A stretch of DNA of 64,000 nucleotides. It comes from an uncultured Phycisphaerales bacterium. GTDB taxonomy: Bacteria > Planctomycetota > Phycisphaerae > Tepidisphaerales > Tepidisphaeraceae. Numbering within the stretch: the stretch's first letter is position 1; every line of letters begins with the position of its first letter. Under the pieces are notes generated by a model. It ran no database searches, had not been told where the DNA came from, and worked only from the letters and a program-made list of their open reading frames with translations. The position numbers were made by a program, and so were the translations under genes. The stretch spans positions 208,248-272,247 of the forward strand of contig CAWJPJ010000004.1 of NCBI GenBank assembly GCA_963844715.1, in the 5' to 3' direction. Below are positions 62,564 through 64,000 of this stretch, one piece after another.

Positions 62564-62634
62564 CCGGAAACGATTCTAGCACGCGAACGTGCAGCATGCA
62601 AAAAGGCACCGTTTAATGGCTTAGAGAAGGGTGT

Positions 62635-62793
62635 TTACTTGGCGGCGGGGGTGCCCGCCGGCTTGGCGGCACTGGCGGGGACGCGGAAGGTCGTCTGGCA
62701 ATACTGGCATTTCACCTGTTTGCCGCGAACTTCGTCCGGAACGGACAAGATCTTCCTGCACTTCAGATTGGGGCAGATCATCTTCACAGGCAT
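62635..62793 (-). CDS. 52-aa stand-alone zinc-ribbon protein, not in the ORF track
   Basis: GGAG RBS; MPVKMICPNLKCRKILSVPDEVRGKQVKCQYCQTTFRVP... Confidence 0.8.
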   Translation of the reverse strand: MPVKMICPNLKCRKILSVPDEVRGKQVKCQYCQTTFRVPASAAKPAGTPAAK

Positions 62794-62818
62794 AGCAAAG
62801 ACTCCACATACTTATCGG

Positions 62819-64000
62819 TCATTTGCCGCCGGAGCTTGAATCCGTCCCGGTTTGAAAGACCGCCTGGAGATCGTCGGGGAGATCCTCGACTTTCATCTGC
62901 GGATTGGTCTTGTAAGGCGTGTAAAGGGGATCGCCGATGGCGGCGATCTGCCAGCTTGTCATGGGGGTCGTCTTCCAATAAACATCCGCCAGACAGAGCT
63001 TTCCCGTCAGTAGCAGGGGGAAAAATTCATCCGGCCTGGGGAATGCGTTCAAATACGGCTCGGCAACGGGGCCGAGGGTCGCGACGACGCCGTCTTTTAG
63101 AAGGCCTTGCACCCACTCGGTTGAACCCGTGTGGAGATGGACCATTTCGTAGCTGGCGATGTGATACCCCACCGCTCCCGGGTTGAAATCGCAACCCGGA
63201 ATGTAATGCCCGACGCTGTACCAGCCGACATACACGCCCACATTTTTCACGGTATGAGGCGGGAAGACCAAATCCTCGTCGCCGAGCTTTATTTTCATGG
63301 CGGTCTTGGTTCGGACGATCGTCGCCAGGTCCCTCAGGGTTTCGTCGAATTGGCCAAATGCGTCGGTGGGGGGGAGGCCGCGTGCGTCGATGGCGATGAT
63401 TCCCTGCAAGCCGGCCTGCTCGACCTGGACGGTGGTGCGCATCATTTTTTCGACGGTTGCGGCATCCGGGGCGTCGAGGCGCATGACCATCACCGTCGGC
63501 GGGACCGGGCCTTTGACGTGAAGGTTCCTGGGATTGAGCTGCCAATTCTGGCGGGGGTAATAGTCCCACCACAGGAGCGACAATTCGCTGTCGGTCGCGG
63601 CGCCGGTGTGATCGGTGGCAAAGTAGGAGATTTGCGCATCGACCATGCGCAAGCCGCCGGCGACGCCGAGAGTCTGCAACGCGATGTCGCGCAGTTTGGC
63701 CCGGGCGGCGGGATCCCAGCGGGTTTGCTGCGCCTGGTGTAAATCTTGCAAGCCCTGCGTGACCTGATCGTGCAGGCGGAACCATTGGGCGCGGTCGGCA
63801 TCGGTTTTTCCCGGAATACTTCTTTGCTGGGCGCCGAGCCGCTCGTCTAATTCGGCCGGACCGCCGAGCTTTTCGACCAGGTCCATCAAATGCCCGGTTG
63901 CGGTTGCCTGGGCGGCATTGTCGTTCATCGCGGCTATTTTTTCGGTGATCGCCTGACCGGCGAGGTGCTCGCGGCGGATCAGTTCATTCACGCTCTGGCC
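62819..64000 (-). CDS. TIGR03790-family protein (5' end beyond window)
   Basis: DSELSLL, MRLDAP, DARG, GWYS, PGAVGYHIAS, GVVATLGPVAEPYL.AFP. Confidence 0.88.
   Translation of the reverse strand, partial: GQSVNELIRREHLAGQAITEKIAAMNDNAAQATATGHLMDLVEKLGGPAELDERLGAQQRSIPGKTDADRAQWFRLHDQVTQGLQDLHQAQQTRWDPAARAKLRDIALQTLGVAGGLRMVDAQISYFATDHTGAATDSELSLLWWDYYPRQNWQLNPRNLHVKGPVPPTVMVMRLDAPDAATVEKMMRTTVQVEQAGLQGIIAIDARGLPPTDAFGQFDETLRDLATIVRTKTAMKIKLGDEDLVFPPHTVKNVGVYVGWYSVGHYIPGCDFNPGAVGYHIASYEMVHLHTGSTEWVQGLLKDGVVATLGPVAEPYLNAFPRPDEFFPLLLTGKLCLADVYWKTTPMTSWQIAAIGDPLYTPYKTNPQMKVEDLPDDLQAVFQTGTDSSSGGK

Overview
A 64-kb GC-rich chromosomal window, most likely from a planctomycete of class Phycisphaerae (Tepidisphaerales-like). 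This assignment is inferred from a CGYDLRATPERCPECG zinc-ribbon membrane protein, PEP-CTERM proteins, TIGR03790 and the intergenic repeat types. Most of it is housekeeping: ndk, queF, sppA, pdhABC, rpsU, fliM, leuA, rsmA, ispE, hisD, sua5, dus and prfA. It also holds two ABC-2 export systems and a doubled oligopeptide ABC operon, and begins in the 3' end of an IS5-family element. More than 20 genes, including essential ones, are split by frameshifts, which I read as long-read indel errors rather than pseudogenes. The most notable non-obvious signals are: (1) a 278-bp intergenic element with 33-bp terminal inverted repeats, a central cUUCGg hairpin and two interlocking sets of internal helices; (2) a complete, unannotated leuA attenuator whose leader is rich in both Leu and Thr; (3) a 123-bp non-palindromic repeat in three copies, two of which bracket a single zinc-ribbon gene like a cassette; (4) a lipoprotein truncated globin coupled to a DUF748 gene; (5) -10 boxes just upstream of many start codons, suggesting leaderless mRNAs; (6) an orphan fliM and a 59-aa peptide with sigma28-like promoters; (7) a CII-like regulator and an Anbu protease outside their usual contexts; and (8) several families of solo palindromic repeats, some translated into gene ends. 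I saw no rRNA, tRNA, CRISPR array or prophage.
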